DNA from: Dimorphilus gyrociliatus
Lineage: Eukaryota > Animalia > Annelida
Length of the DNA stretch: 64,000 nucleotides
Direction: 5' to 3'
Assembly (NCBI GenBank): GCA_904063045.1
Contig: CAJFCJ010000024.1
Coordinates: 62,001 to 126,000, forward strand
The translations under genes were made by a program, and so were the position numbers. Positions 13,624 to 26,736 of this stretch are shown in pieces. Numbering within the stretch: position 1 is the stretch's first letter; each line of letters opens with the position of its first letter. The notes beneath the pieces were generated by a model that was given only the letters and a program-made list of their open reading frames with translations, did no database searches and was not told the DNA's origin.

Positions 13624-16600
13624 TTATTCATTCATCGATGCTTGTACAGCAATTGATGTATCACATTTTAAGATTTCTCTTAAGGCCATAGTTGCGTAAG
13701 CTGAAGTCGGGAGAGTTAAAGTCAATAGTAATGCAGTTTGTTCTTTACTATCACTCGATTCTTCCTTAGAACTCTCTGAAATACCATTTAATTTATCCAG
13801 ATCTGAAGGAACTAAGGCTTGTGTTACGTCTTTATATTGTAAGAACTTCCAAGAAATCGATCTCGGTTTAACAACCACGGATCTATAACTTCCAGATAGC
13901 GAATAGGATTTTACCGTGTGCTTCAAGGCCGGTAGCGATAATCCGTCTTCCGCCAGCATTTCACTAAAAAAAACAATTAGAATAAAAGCAATAGAAATTT
14001 TAAATAAAGCATTATAACAGAACTAACCTATACCATTGGGATGTTTCATTTTCAGGTAAAACAATATCATATCCAGGTAATGGTAGAACTACATCTTCTA
14101 TTGAATAGTCCAAGACATTTTCTACAGTGATTGATTTAATATCTCCGTCTTTATCCTTTATTAAATCTCCGACATGAACTGCAAATCCAAACTTTTCTAC
14201 CCTTTTAGATACAATCCTAAAAATGGAATATGAATTAGATTAACAGTATTCTAATCTAATCGATTTCAATTAGATATAATTGAGAAAGTCACAAGAAAGA
14301 CTAAAGGGTAACTGCCCTCAAATTTGACTTTGAAGAGGAATTTTGTGCTATATTAAAATTTCAAGGTTCTTTCGATTGGTAAAGATGCTTTTGATATCTT
14401 ACCTATTCCATAGTCTACTTTGATACGAATGTACATAGAGCAGACGATTTGTATCAGATAGAAATGATAAAGCCCCAACGAGATCATTTTTCGGTCGTTG
14501 CATCAACCCAGTGAGTAGTTTATATTCAACACTAATTCTATACTTTCCATCCTTTAGTTCTTGTAAGGCGGCTTTAGCATCTCTATTTTTTTGCCACGAT
14601 TCCTTGGCACGTCGAACTTCGTCGTTGTCACATTTTTGTGGAGTCAAAAGTAAATCAATGGCTTCTTTAAAATTCCCTAATAGTATAGACTTTCCAATTG
14701 TGTATGTAGAGATATCCGTTGTACCAAATCTCTGCATACCAAAGTAATTAATGAACCCATTACGTTTCAAAGACAATATTGATTCATTTATTATATCAGG
14801 ATCTCCTCTAACTGACCGTAACACAAGTGTAAATCGATTACCACTTAAATCTCCCAATTTTAATTCTTTTTCAACGAATCTAATAATATAAATTAAATGC
14901 ATTAACAATATATTAGTATATCAATTTGGTATATTCTACAACGTACTCAAAATCTCCTATAGCCATATTCCTTAGTCTTGAATTTAGGGCTGCTAATTTA
15001 TGAGGTAGAACTTTAAAAGCAGTAACACTCTGTGACGTTCTCGCTCTTTTATCCTTAGTACCAGCAAAAGAGAAAACATTTGATCTACATCGTAGAAAAT
15101 TGCAAAGTAACGAAATAGCATCTATAGTTCCCTTATTCTCTTTATATAATGTAAATCGAACATATTTTGCTTTAGGATGAGGCCATTTAAGATTTCTTGA
15201 TCTATAAATTAATAGAAATTTATATAAATAAATATGTATTATAGTATAAATGTTGTGCTAGTTAAAATTTGATAAACTATTTATACAATCCTCTACGAAT
15301 ATTGCAGATTTAACAATAATGCAATGCCACCGCAATTACATTCTAGTGTTTACATCTAAATTTGTAAACATCCACGTATAAGAAGCTATAAAATTTAACA
15401 TCAAATAGGGAATTTAAGCTTACCTGAGCTTTCATGTTATTTTATAGCAAATGAAGCTCAGTTATTTATAAAATAAAAAGGTGAAAACAACGACATCCAT
15501 TACTTTCTATAGGTATTACACAAGGGAAACGTCTAGTCTTTAATATTTTATGTAGCAAAAAGTAATTCTTTCACTAAATCCCTTCTTCTCACTTTAATAT
15601 CTTATATCCAAAAAGAAAAATAAATCTATACAATGTTACTTAAACAAAGATTTTAATTTTTAAACAACCCTTTCGAGGAAAGTTGTTGCATCCTTTTTAC
15701 CATTTAAATTAAATCTATTGAAGAAAATAATTCCTTCCCTAGCTTTGTAAATAGACAGCTTTAAATAATGTTTCCTTTTGTTAAATAGGCTTATTTTCTA
15801 ATAATAATTTATGTTATATAGGTATTAAATATTTATGAATTTTCTAATAATCCTATAAATTAATAATATTGTTTATGTCTTCCTACTTTTAGACTTGATG
15901 CATTATGTATTTTTTGTATACTAATGACGTCTTAGAAACGTTCCCCTTTAATATTCCAAGATGAAAAGTAAATACTGATATATATGGCTTATAAACAACA
16001 AAAAAACGGATAATCCACTTTAACAATAATGCTAATAAAATATATTTGTCTCTTACCTAGCCTCTTTACCTCCTTTATCTCTCTTTACACGAATTATTTT
16101 CTTTCCATTATCGGCTTCATCTGTATTTGAACATAGTGATGGATACAGGCTCTTTATTGCTTGATGATAATTTCTCCTTTCGTCCTTTGATAGCTCATCT
16201 ACGGGTATTTCGAATACAGTTTCAGAATTATCTTCTATTTTATTCAGTTGTTCTTTAATTGAATCGGGTAGAACATTTTGTAAATTTTCAACATTAACTG
16301 TCTTAAATATTCAATATTAAGTTTGAATAATGAAAGTAATTTTATTTATAGAATGTATAAAACAAAAATATTAATATTACTTGGCCATAGTCTGGAACTT
16401 GTAGTGACTTTAATTCAACTATATTACCGGATTGATCTATCTCATGAACAGTAAAATCTGAATATCTAAAACAAAGACAAAAATTGATTTTATTGTATTT
16501 TTGTAGGTATGAGAATACCTTTGTTTAATAACAGCATGAAATCCTGGAAGATTTGATATATATTTGACAATACCCATATCTTCTTCTCTTAATTTTGAAT

Positions 16601-16727
16601 GGCGCGGTTGATTGTCAGGTTTTAGACTTGCTAATATTGTTACATCGCTTTCTTCGTCTTTTAATTCGCTACTCTTTAACCGTTTTGCTGGAGTACAACC
16701 AGTTTCAACTTCATCTTCGCAAATCAT
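13624..16727 (-). CDS. PUS7: Pseudouridine synthase 7 (TruD family), about 7 exons
   Basis: The spliced translation contains FAGTKDKRA (catalytic Asp), LGDLSGNRFTLVLR, GFINYFGMQRFG, LYVHSYQS and SLSGSYR...LPTSAYATMALRE. Likely start is MICEDE at 16727. Confidence 0.93.
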
Positions 16728-16948
16728 TGTAGTAAAAGGTGATGTAAATATTACAAAACAACGTGCTCTTACAGTAATTTGAATACTGAACCGCTCTAGG
16801 AAATATTGACAGGTACCGTCGATGTAAATGTATATAAGCGGTACATTTTGGTCTCGCATAGCGGGACCATACCTATTAATCTGGTAAGTGACCAACGCAC
16901 GTGTTAAGCAAACTCTTGATTGAAAAAATCTAATAAAATTACCGAAGC
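16728..16948. promoter_or_regulatory. Candidate bidirectional promoter between PUS7 and GRWD1
   Basis: Only 221 bp separate the two divergent start codons. Confidence 0.6.
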
Positions 16949-18513
16949 ATGTCATTTCCTGAAGAAAGTATGGATAATAATGAAGGGGAAGCTTATCTCC
17001 CGGGTCAGCCAATGGAAGAAGGTGAAGAACTGGTTTATGACAAATCGGCTTATATACTATATCACAGAGCTCAAACTGGTTCTCCTTGTCTCAGCTTTGA
17101 TATTCTCTGTGCTGATGGAGATTCAAGTAATGTTGAAGAATTTCCACTTTCTATGTACATGGTCTGTGGAACTCAATCGGAAAAAGTTGGACAAAATAAA
17201 GTAATAGTTTGCAAAATGTCGAAAATAAACAAGAATAAGCAAGTGGACAGCGATGAAGAGAGCGACAGTGATAGTGATGATGACGACGATGATGAGGAAA
17301 ACGAAGAAAACCCAGAAATGGAAACTGTCTTTATGAAACATTTAGGTAGGGAATATAAGACGTCTTTTGTAAAACTAAGAGCAGTCTAATATGAAGAAAA
17401 AATGGGTCAATTTTATTATTAATACCACAGGGACAGTAAATCGAATTAGATGCAGTGGGAACATTTCCGGTAGAAGACTCGCTGCTTCTTGGTCTGAAAA
17501 AGGAAAGGTATATATCTGGGATATGCAACAACCTCTACAGGCGCTAAATGATTCAAGAGTAATGAACGAGATTGCAGGAAAAGACTTGAAGCCTATATTT
17601 TCTTTTAACGGCCATCAAAGTGAAGGGTATGGCCTTGATTGGAGTTCACTAGTACCTGGAAAATTAGCAACAGGAGATTGTAAAAAAAATATTCATATAT
17701 GGAAAATGAACGAAAGCGGATGGACAGTTGATCAAAGGGCATTCAATGATCACACCGATTCCGTAGAGGATATTCAATGGTTTGTAATTTTTTTCCATTG
17801 AAAATGTGTAGGGGAAGGATGTAGTAAAAAAAAAAAGAGCCTCTTAAAAGGATAATTTCTAAAAAATGTCACTACTTTTATCTAATAAACCGCTATTTCC
17901 ATAAGACTTACGTCTAGAAGATATAAATCCAATTACTTTGGATGCTAAAAATTGACATTTAATAAACGGAGGAATTCACATGTAAATTAATTTCAGGTCT
18001 CCTAACGAAGCGTCGGTGTTTTCTTCGTGCTCCGTAGATAAATCCATTAAAATTTGGGATGATAGAGCTCCTCCGAACAAAGCATGCATGATAACTGTAG
18101 AGAATGCTCATCAATCAGACGTCAATGTTATTCACTGGAATAGGAAGGAGCCTTTTATTATATCCGGAGGTGACGATGGCGTTCTGAATGTTTGGGATTT
18201 AAGGGAAATTTCTTCTAAACCTTCTCCTGTAGCTACATTTAAACACCATACAGGACCAATAACAAGTGTAGAATGGCATCCATCAGAAGGCTCAGTTTTT
18301 GGAGCAACGGGAGCGGATAATCAATTAACTCTTTGGGATTTGGCCGTTGAAAGGGACTCAAATGAAAAAGAACCAGAATGTCCACCTCAGCTTTTATTTA
18401 TTCACCAAGGTCAGAAAGAGATGAAAGAAATGCACTGGCATCCACATTTGAGTGGAGTGGTTATAAGTACTGCGTTGTCAGACTTTAATATCTTCAAAAC
18501 AATTAGTGTTTAA
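16949..18513 (+). CDS. GRWD1: Glutamate-rich WD repeat protein 1 (Rrb1 orthologue); exons 16949-17345, 17431-17779, 17997-18513
   Basis: [33 protein letters not shown], an acidic tract, WD repeats, and C-terminal [21 protein letters not shown]...FNIFKTISV. Junction phases are consistent. Confidence 0.96.
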
Positions 18514-21500
18514 CACACACATTGTACATTATATATTTCATTTAAAAAAGAATGTTCATCTGCCCTATATACATTATTAAGTATTGTAATATCTAAAGTT
18601 ATTTTCTACAATATTTCTTATTCAAAGAGATAGTGGAAGGAACACTTGCATTACTATTATTCGCGTTACTAACACTCCATTTAACGCCATTAGTTCGTTT
18701 AATTTTTGTTGGCTTATACGAGGCCAGCGTTTTTGGTAATAAGAATCTTATAAAAAAGGGATTGTTTTTGTTTTAGTATAAAATATAATTTCAAAGGTTA
18801 AGCCTAATTCCCCTTCCTGATTAAGGGTCTAGAGGAAAGTGGGTGGGAGATTTCCTGTTTTTTCCAAGAACAATCCTTAATATTCTTTTTTATTTTTTTT
18901 CCATTTACCTCTTTTGCCCTTGTTGTTTTCACTTTTTCCCGTCTGAAATCGCTGATGCAATTATCAATAGCCGGTAGACTATAGAGATTTAATTATAAAC
19001 ATTTTCCAGTTGATAGTAACGCTAACTGGAAAAAAACGAGCAAATACGTTAACGATCCAATGAACTTGACGTTGTATTACAAATCTGTCCCTATTACCTT
19101 AAATAAGGAAGAAAGAATAAATCAGTTCTCTAATTAGCATAACTATATATCTTATTTCATTCATTTCCGTATCACTACGGCGTTAAATACAAAACTATTC
19201 AAGCAAAATCCCCGTTTTGGTGATAGATATGAAGGAATAAATACAAAAATGGCGGAAATACTAAATTAGAAAATTCCAACAAGATATATTAATATAAATA
19301 CAGAATTCGGTAGCAGATTGGTGTTTTTTTTCTTTTAAAAGAAGGGAGGAAAACATATCGAAGGCGTTTGACATTTTCTCCGTATACTTAGGATATTTGT
19401 TGGTACAAACAAAAGCATAATAGACAAATACTGTCATATAATTTTTTTAAAGAAATCCATTTACTTTTACTTTTATAACAAAATCAAATATATACATATA
19501 CTGTATATATATACAATACTTGGCATTAAGTAGATAAGAACCTTTTTATGGGAAAAACAGTGAAAATTTGTAAAAAAAAAAAAAGTGGAAGAGTACTTCG
19601 ATGTTCAAAGGATAAAGGAGGGAGGGGGAGGAAGAGTAGGTTTCCTCTTTATTTTAAGACTTATTGTATAGTACATAACGTAGTAAGAAGATAAGAATTA
19701 GATCATAATTAATTATATCTTCAAAAGGGAACATTATTACTATATAGTCGTTCTTATTTTCTACTCTTTTGTTGCTCTGATAAACGTCTAAATGTAAACG
19801 AATAAGGGAAAATGAAAAAGACGCCCACAATATTAATTTTACGATGACTTCGTATTATGCTAAATAAGTTTTGTAAACATAATGCGAACGTCTCCTGTCA
19901 TTTTGTCATTGAATAAAGGAACCTTAAATAATTGTTATTAATTAATGAGACAGGCGTTACTCTTATACAAGACTCCCAAAAGTAATTCTTAAAGCTATGC
20001 TATAGGTCATTAAAGTAATAATGAGTATATGTAGCGTATAACGGCATTTATTTATTATACGACTTAAATTTACCACTAGGTGACTTAGACTGATGACAGT
20101 AATGGGCTTTGCAGTTCAAAGGCAGTAGTCGTACTAACTGTAGCTTCCACCGTAAGTATTATTGGTATGCACTGACAGTCTGTGTTGTTAGTTAACATAA
20201 CGAAATAATTTAATTGAAAAATAATTAAGCGTTTCATCGTCTATTTTCTCTCTTTATACTAGTTAATTCAATTAGTATTCGTATTAGCTGAAAATAAGCA
20301 ATTATTATAATAAAAGCATCAACTACAAATATTATAAATATGTACATTAAATAGAAGAGAGAAATGAAAAAGGAATGAAAGGTGGTATTCTTTCTTTTTT
20401 TTATCAAAGCTCAATTTTCAATCAAGTAATTGTTATCGTTAAAATTTACAAGATCTTTAGTTTTTATGCTCAAGTTTTAATCAAGAAAATTGAGACTAAA
20501 ACCGAAAAAAAGAAGATTATTGCTCATTCCCTCTACGGTTTTCTTCCCTCTTTCTCCTATTATAACTTTTTCATTTTTCCTGATTTCTAAACTAGTTTCT
20601 TTCTTTTCATTTCATCAACTAATGATAAATTAAAACTTAATAATTTACCTAATTACATCAATATCGAACGACCTATATTTGAAATAATTAATATTCACGA
20701 TTTAGAAAGTTCGTTTTCTTTTCCATGCATAAATGAACTTTTTTTAGGACAATGTCCAAAAGGATAGTATAAATTTATAATATATATACTGTTATAATAG
20801 AAAACTTGTAGACGTATATCGAGTAGAAACACAAATTACTAACAATTTATATTATGAAATAAGAATTGTAGATGATTGAAATATTGATATTGATATTTGG
20901 TACAAGTTAAATTAATCTTAAATAGCAGATTTGCAGTCAGATTTTGTTGATACAGTATACTGTATATATATATATATATTTATAAAGTACGCTTATACTA
21001 TAATAAAGGAGGACGTTTCACGCGTAAAGTAAGAGATACATTGACAGAAAGTGTAAGAATATAGACTGAAAAGAAAGAAGAACATTTTTTTTTACTCTTC
21101 CTCGTATTGCTTGTATAATTTGTATATATTTTTTTTTCTTTAACTAAGCAGCATATAATAAATTAAGAAAACTGGGAATAAAAAAAGAAATACGAAAAGA
21201 GCTAGTAGAGAAAAAATAGCGTGAGGCTAATTGAATTCTCTTCAAAGTCATGACGTTTATGATGATTCCTTACGTTGTTGAATCGTTTTTTAAAATAGTA
21301 AATAGACTTTGAATATTTAATTATTTCTCTCTTTTATTAATTATGAAAATAATCTCAATTAGGTAATTAATTGAAGGAATTATATACGACTAAATTCTAT
21401 ATACTGTATCGAAACAATACCAGTATTGTAAGTATTAATGGCAATTTGAGGAATATAGATAGTTGAATAAATAGGTAAAGGAAAGATATTATACGCGTAT

Positions 21501-23849
21501 AAAAAATTTAGATTTAGTATTGCATAATAAAGCCTTCCTATCCCATGTCTCTCTCTCTCTTTTCACTGACTTGTCTATACATTTTAATGAATAGTCCCAG
21601 TGAAATGTTGAATATTTTGAAATAAAGGTTTTACCAAATAACTTTGATATTTAGAACAGCTAATCTAAAGAATTGTAACATTCACAATAAACGCCCCCCT
21701 ACTGTTTAATACACTTTACAATTAAAACATGCTTTTTAATCATTGTATTAACATGAATAGAATTTAAAATTTTCGAAGCAAATATCAACAACTATAAATT
21801 CGATGAATAAAAAAAAGAAAATCTATAATAAAAATGTAATTGACATTAAGATAAAAAGGGAATTAAAAATTTTAATTTTCTTCTTATTGATTCCATATCT
21901 CTTCTCACACAACCGCTCCTTTATTTATACAAAAATTATATTCTATCAAAAATATTAATATTTTAATATATGGTGAAAAAAGAGAGAAAAGAGAAAGAAA
22001 AAAAGAGATAGAAGAGAAAGAGTAGCGTTTTATATTAATGATGATAATAAACAAAGTTGTTTTTTAAGTATTATCATCTGTTTCATGAGGTGTAGAAAAA
22101 TTTGAACATATTTAAGAATCAATCATATAGGATACTATATGTTACTATATAAAGATACAAAAAAAAGTCTCTCGTTAATCTTTTCAATTCAATTTTTTAT
22201 CGGTTTTTATAATTTTTTGCGTGGGGTGTTTGTGGGGGAGGAGGGAGGGGAAAGAGAAGTGATGATATTTTTTTTCTATTATCATTTGTTTTCTATTCTT
22301 TTCTTCCCACTATCATCCAAAAATGCTATTCGAATGAAATAACTACATGCGTGTGTACTTGAGTGAGGGTAGAAAACTCTTTAAAGTATGAAATTTCAAC
22401 TTTCCATTAAATAGGTAAATACGCCTATCAATCTAAACTATTAAAATATCTTGAACAGATTAATATATATATATATATATATAGGATATAAATAGAACTA
22501 ACGAAACAGTTACCCAAAAGTTATAAATACCGGACGCAGTAAATAATTGAAAAATGCAGTTTTATCAAACAGTTATGACGTACAAGAAAAAGAACTATAT
22601 AGTCTATATATAACTTATATAAATAGAAATTAAAACAAAGCAGAACGATTTAGAGTAAACAAATAAAAATACATAGAGTTATTTCTATCTAGAGTTTTAA
22701 GAAAACAAATAAAAACAATATACTATATAAATATAACTAAAATATTGTGTCATTTATGATTTTGAGTAATAAACAATAATTATAATCGTACAAATTCGAT
22801 TCTTTATCATTTTTAAACTTAAGTATTCCTTTTAGCTTTTACTTTCTCCTTTTAACTTGTTAATTAATTATGAAAGAAAGTAAGTTAAAAAACACTAGAC
22901 TGACAAACGGTACTTTTGTAATTGTAAAAAAACGTTCTCTAGTGAATTTTAAGAAATGGAAAAGACAAGTTTGCTAGGATTATAGCTTAAGGAATAAGAA
23001 AAATACCACATTTACGCTGTACGCATTCCCTTATATACATATATATATATAGTATTAGCTTATACGCGTATATGCTGGATATATGTTAAAAAAAAAAGAA
23101 AAAAAGAGTATAAATCCACAGCACTTTAAGTAAATTATTCAACAGGATATAGATACATTCTTAAGGCCAAGGTTATTTATTAAGTCTCTCTTTAATTGTC
23201 ACGTTTTCATTTTTCGCCTACAGTCTGTACTCTATACTTTTACTCTACTTTTCTATAAATATATAGTATATTATATATACATACATATATATATATATAT
23301 ACAGTATATATAGTTATATGTAAAAAAGATAGTCTATTGCGAGTAGGTTATCTTCCTTGTAGTCACTGATTGATGTTTTGCATTTAAAAGAAATCGAAGG
23401 GGAGGAAAGGAAAATTAATATTCTAGTTTGGCCATTTACATCTATCTTCTATTCTTCATACTATTAGAGCTAATATATATTCATATACTTTCACATTTAC
23501 ATATATATTATAACTAGGCGGCTTGAACTCAATTAGCTGTATTTAACTTTTATATGGAAATATCTTTGAAATTGATAAAACTATCATAAAGTGTGTACAT
23601 TTCTAAAAGAAAAACAATTCTATTATGTTAATTAGATTTATGCATTAATTAGTATAGGACTTCGTCACATTTCCGGTTTTTTTCCCTATATAACATGAAA
23701 ACTGCACCATTATATACATAAGCGCAGAAGGAAACGCTTGCCTACTTAGTTTCGCTTCTCCAACAAACTTTATCATTGTTTTAAAAGAGAACCTTTATTC
23801 TCTTTACTCTCCGTCTCATTATCACTCTCATTCAACTTTCTACAGGAGA

Positions 23850-25494
23850 ATGCAGTTTAGTGCGTCAATTTTCCTTCTTCTCGTAGTTCCTTTTGTCTAT
23901 TTGGAAGCTTATCGTCTAACTGGCTATAATAAGGAGCTATACGACGCCACGGAAAAGAATGTAGAAAGATTATCTTCATTGGAGAATTTGAAAAGAGAAA
24001 TATCTAAAGTACAGGTAAGAATTTGACTCTCTTCTTTTTCAATCTCAATTTGAAAAGTTTCTTCTCTCCATCTCTATATCTATTTCGCTGTCAGTCTCTT
24101 TTTCATTAAACTTTTTTCTTTGCCATCTCCCTCTTGTCTCCGTTGATTTCTAGAAGAATAGTCAACAATAGTATGTCTATTTTATTTACAATAAATACTC
24201 ATACAATATATTCTGAATCAACTGAGATTACATTGGCAAATAGAAATAGTGGAGTTTTTATTTATATATCATCGGTAATAATCCTGTAGTTGTCTAGTTG
24301 TTTTCCAAAATACCGTGGGAATTCTATACAAGTTTATAGATGATATGAACCGTAAATACATTGAAATATTGCCTTTAAAAGTAATATAGAATCTCTTTTT
24401 ATTAAAAAAAAAGCAATTTCATATTTTCATGATTTCTGCTATATATATCTATACTATATTAGTATATAGAAACTATTTTTTTTATATTTGCCTGTTTTGC
24501 ATTTTCTCCTCTCTCTCTCTCTCTTTCTCTCTCTTTCTTCTCTTTTTCAATTTTATATTTCAAATAAACACATTTAAATTCTACAGTCTTTCAGTGTCTA
24601 ATTTCACCCTGTCTCTATTTGTGTGTCTGTTATCTTCACTCTCTCTCTCCTTCTCTGTCTCTATGTCTCCCTCTGCCTTTCTTCCGATCACTATTTACCT
24701 TTACCTGTCCATCTCTATTGGTCTCTTCATTGGTGAAGAGTAAGTACAATAAAAAAAAGTCGAATCTATCTAACAGCCAATGACGTTTTCAAAGTTGAAA
24801 AAAAAATGTTGATTAAGACTTAATTCTATAAAAATAGATTTGTATATTTTTGTATAAATTGTAGGTGGAGGGAAAGGAAATAATTATTGATCAAGGCTAA
24901 CAGACTCATAGAAGCTACACTTTAGACAAATGTTTGACAAACATTAACTCTAAGTGACTTTTATTCTCTCCTTTTACCTTTATTCTTCTGTAGTTGTATA
25001 TCAGTATTCTAAATTTACAGTTTTAAGTACGTTAAACCGGTTAGATGTTCATTTTTGACATATTGAAATCTGTGAAAGGGTAATTTAACCCTATTATCAA
25101 TCTTTTCTCTGCTGTAGGAAGATTAAATTGATATTAATAATTTATTACATTAATTTTACTTTTAAAACCAATTAGGACGTGCTTTTTAAAAGAATCTACG
25201 CAGCCGAACAACTGGGAATTAGCAGTGATGGTGAAGAAAAAAGATCGGGTTTCGTTCCAAGTAGAGGTAGAAGAAATTGGTCACGTGATAGGAGGTCGCC
25301 ATCTCCTTTTACAGCTATGAGAGGAAAGAGGAAATTTTACGGAACTAGGGGAAAGAAGAGTGAGCTCGATTATTTATCAAAATTTTCGGGTAATTAGTAA
25401 AGTGTTACTTTTAACAGTCTTTCATTAAATATTTCAACCTTTCATCACAGATACTGAATTAAAACGTAACTCTTTCGCAGCAATGAGGGGGTAA
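23850..25494 (+). CDS. Tk: Tachykinin-related neuropeptide precursor, 140 aa; exons 23850-24014, 25176-25389, 25451-25494
   Basis: Signal peptide MQFSASIFLLLVVPFVYLEA. Dibasic sites flank four Gly-extended peptides: KR-SGFVPSRG-RR, RR-SPSPFTAMRG-KR, KR-KFYGTRG-KK and KR-NSFAAMRG-stop. All junctions are GT-AG and in frame (423 nt total). Confidence 0.9.
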
Positions 25495-26736
25495 AATTCA
25501 AAGTAAGCTTAAATTTATATGTCTGCAATACAAAGTCATTGGTATACTACTACTGTACTGCCTGTTTGTTGAACAATACAGACAAACTACTGTATACTGC
25601 ATGTATATATGTTTCTAAACGAAGCTGTTTGTCTAGTAACATACTATTGCCATCTACTGTTAATTATACAATATTTAATCAGATGGTCACTAAACTTAAG
25701 ATAAATCATCTTAAAAAAAAGAAAATCACCTAAAAAAAATAACAAAAATAATAATAAACAATTAAAAAAAAAGACCAAAAAAAACAAAAAAAAACTAAAA
25801 CCAGGACAACTTCAAAAACCTACCTAGCTTGAACATAAAGAGAAAGAGAGAGAGAGAGAGAGAGAGAATAAAATAGGAACAACAGCAAAGCGAATGAATT
25901 TCATACATATTTTAAATATTTTCAATCAACCAACAAAAATGGGTGCGGAGATAAAAGAAAACTTGAAAACTAAGAGATATCTCACATTAAAAGAGAAATA
26001 TCTATTTTTTACCACGCATTTCACACACTCAAAAACACCTTTCCTTTTCCACTTACTCTCTCTCTCTCTCTACCCTGTCTATATTCTTTCTTTTATAGAG
26101 TTAATTTCTTTTATTTCTTCTTATCTCAATTCGCGCTTCTCACTTTGAAAGTCATTCCTATTCTTTCTCTCTCCTCTGTCCCACCTTCTTTCTTTTTCAG
26201 TGTTCAGTTTTAAATACAACGTTAGACGCTGCTTCTTTTTAAGTTAACAGTAATTTTATTTTATGGCATAGGCCTAATGATACATCACGAACAATTAGAC
26301 TGATTATAAAAGCCTTATTTCTTCTCTCTTTAGTATCACACAACATTTATAGTCGTGGAAACTATGAAATAAAAAATAAACATTAGGCCAAACTAATATA
26401 TTCTATAGTATCCAATATAAATATATATATATATACCTTATAAGTAATTTTAAAGACTTTTGAATATTCATAATGGTAATAAGTTATTATGTATGCATAT
26501 ACAGGTGTCACTAAAATATTTGGTTTTGGAGTAACAGTTGTAAATAGATACACAGTTACGTATTTACTTTCGTAAAGTAATGTTGATGTGTAGTTACACA
26601 TAAAAAATTAACGGAAACTACGAAAGCGAGTTCAGACGCGTGAAATAATGCAAAATATAAAAAAGTACATCGATAAAGTGTCCCTAGTTGATAATTTATT
26701 ATTGATATTTTGCAAATAACAGCAGTAGTAATTCAA

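Noticed and set aside
16728-17012. N-terminal 95 aa of the 191-aa minus ORF overlapping the GRWD1 start
   Set aside because: PUS7-like sequence begins at MICEDE (16727). The upstream part crosses the promoter and the GRWD1 ATG and looks non-coding.
20079-20160. Exon-like segment with a strong GTAAGT donor upstream of the tachykinin gene
   Set aside because: No coding support. It could be a 5' UTR exon, but this cannot be decided without transcripts.
24429-24743. Hydrophobic 104-aa ORF (also 32515-32781, 48131-48331, 53562-53797)
   Set aside because: Produced by CT, GA and TA low-complexity tracts.
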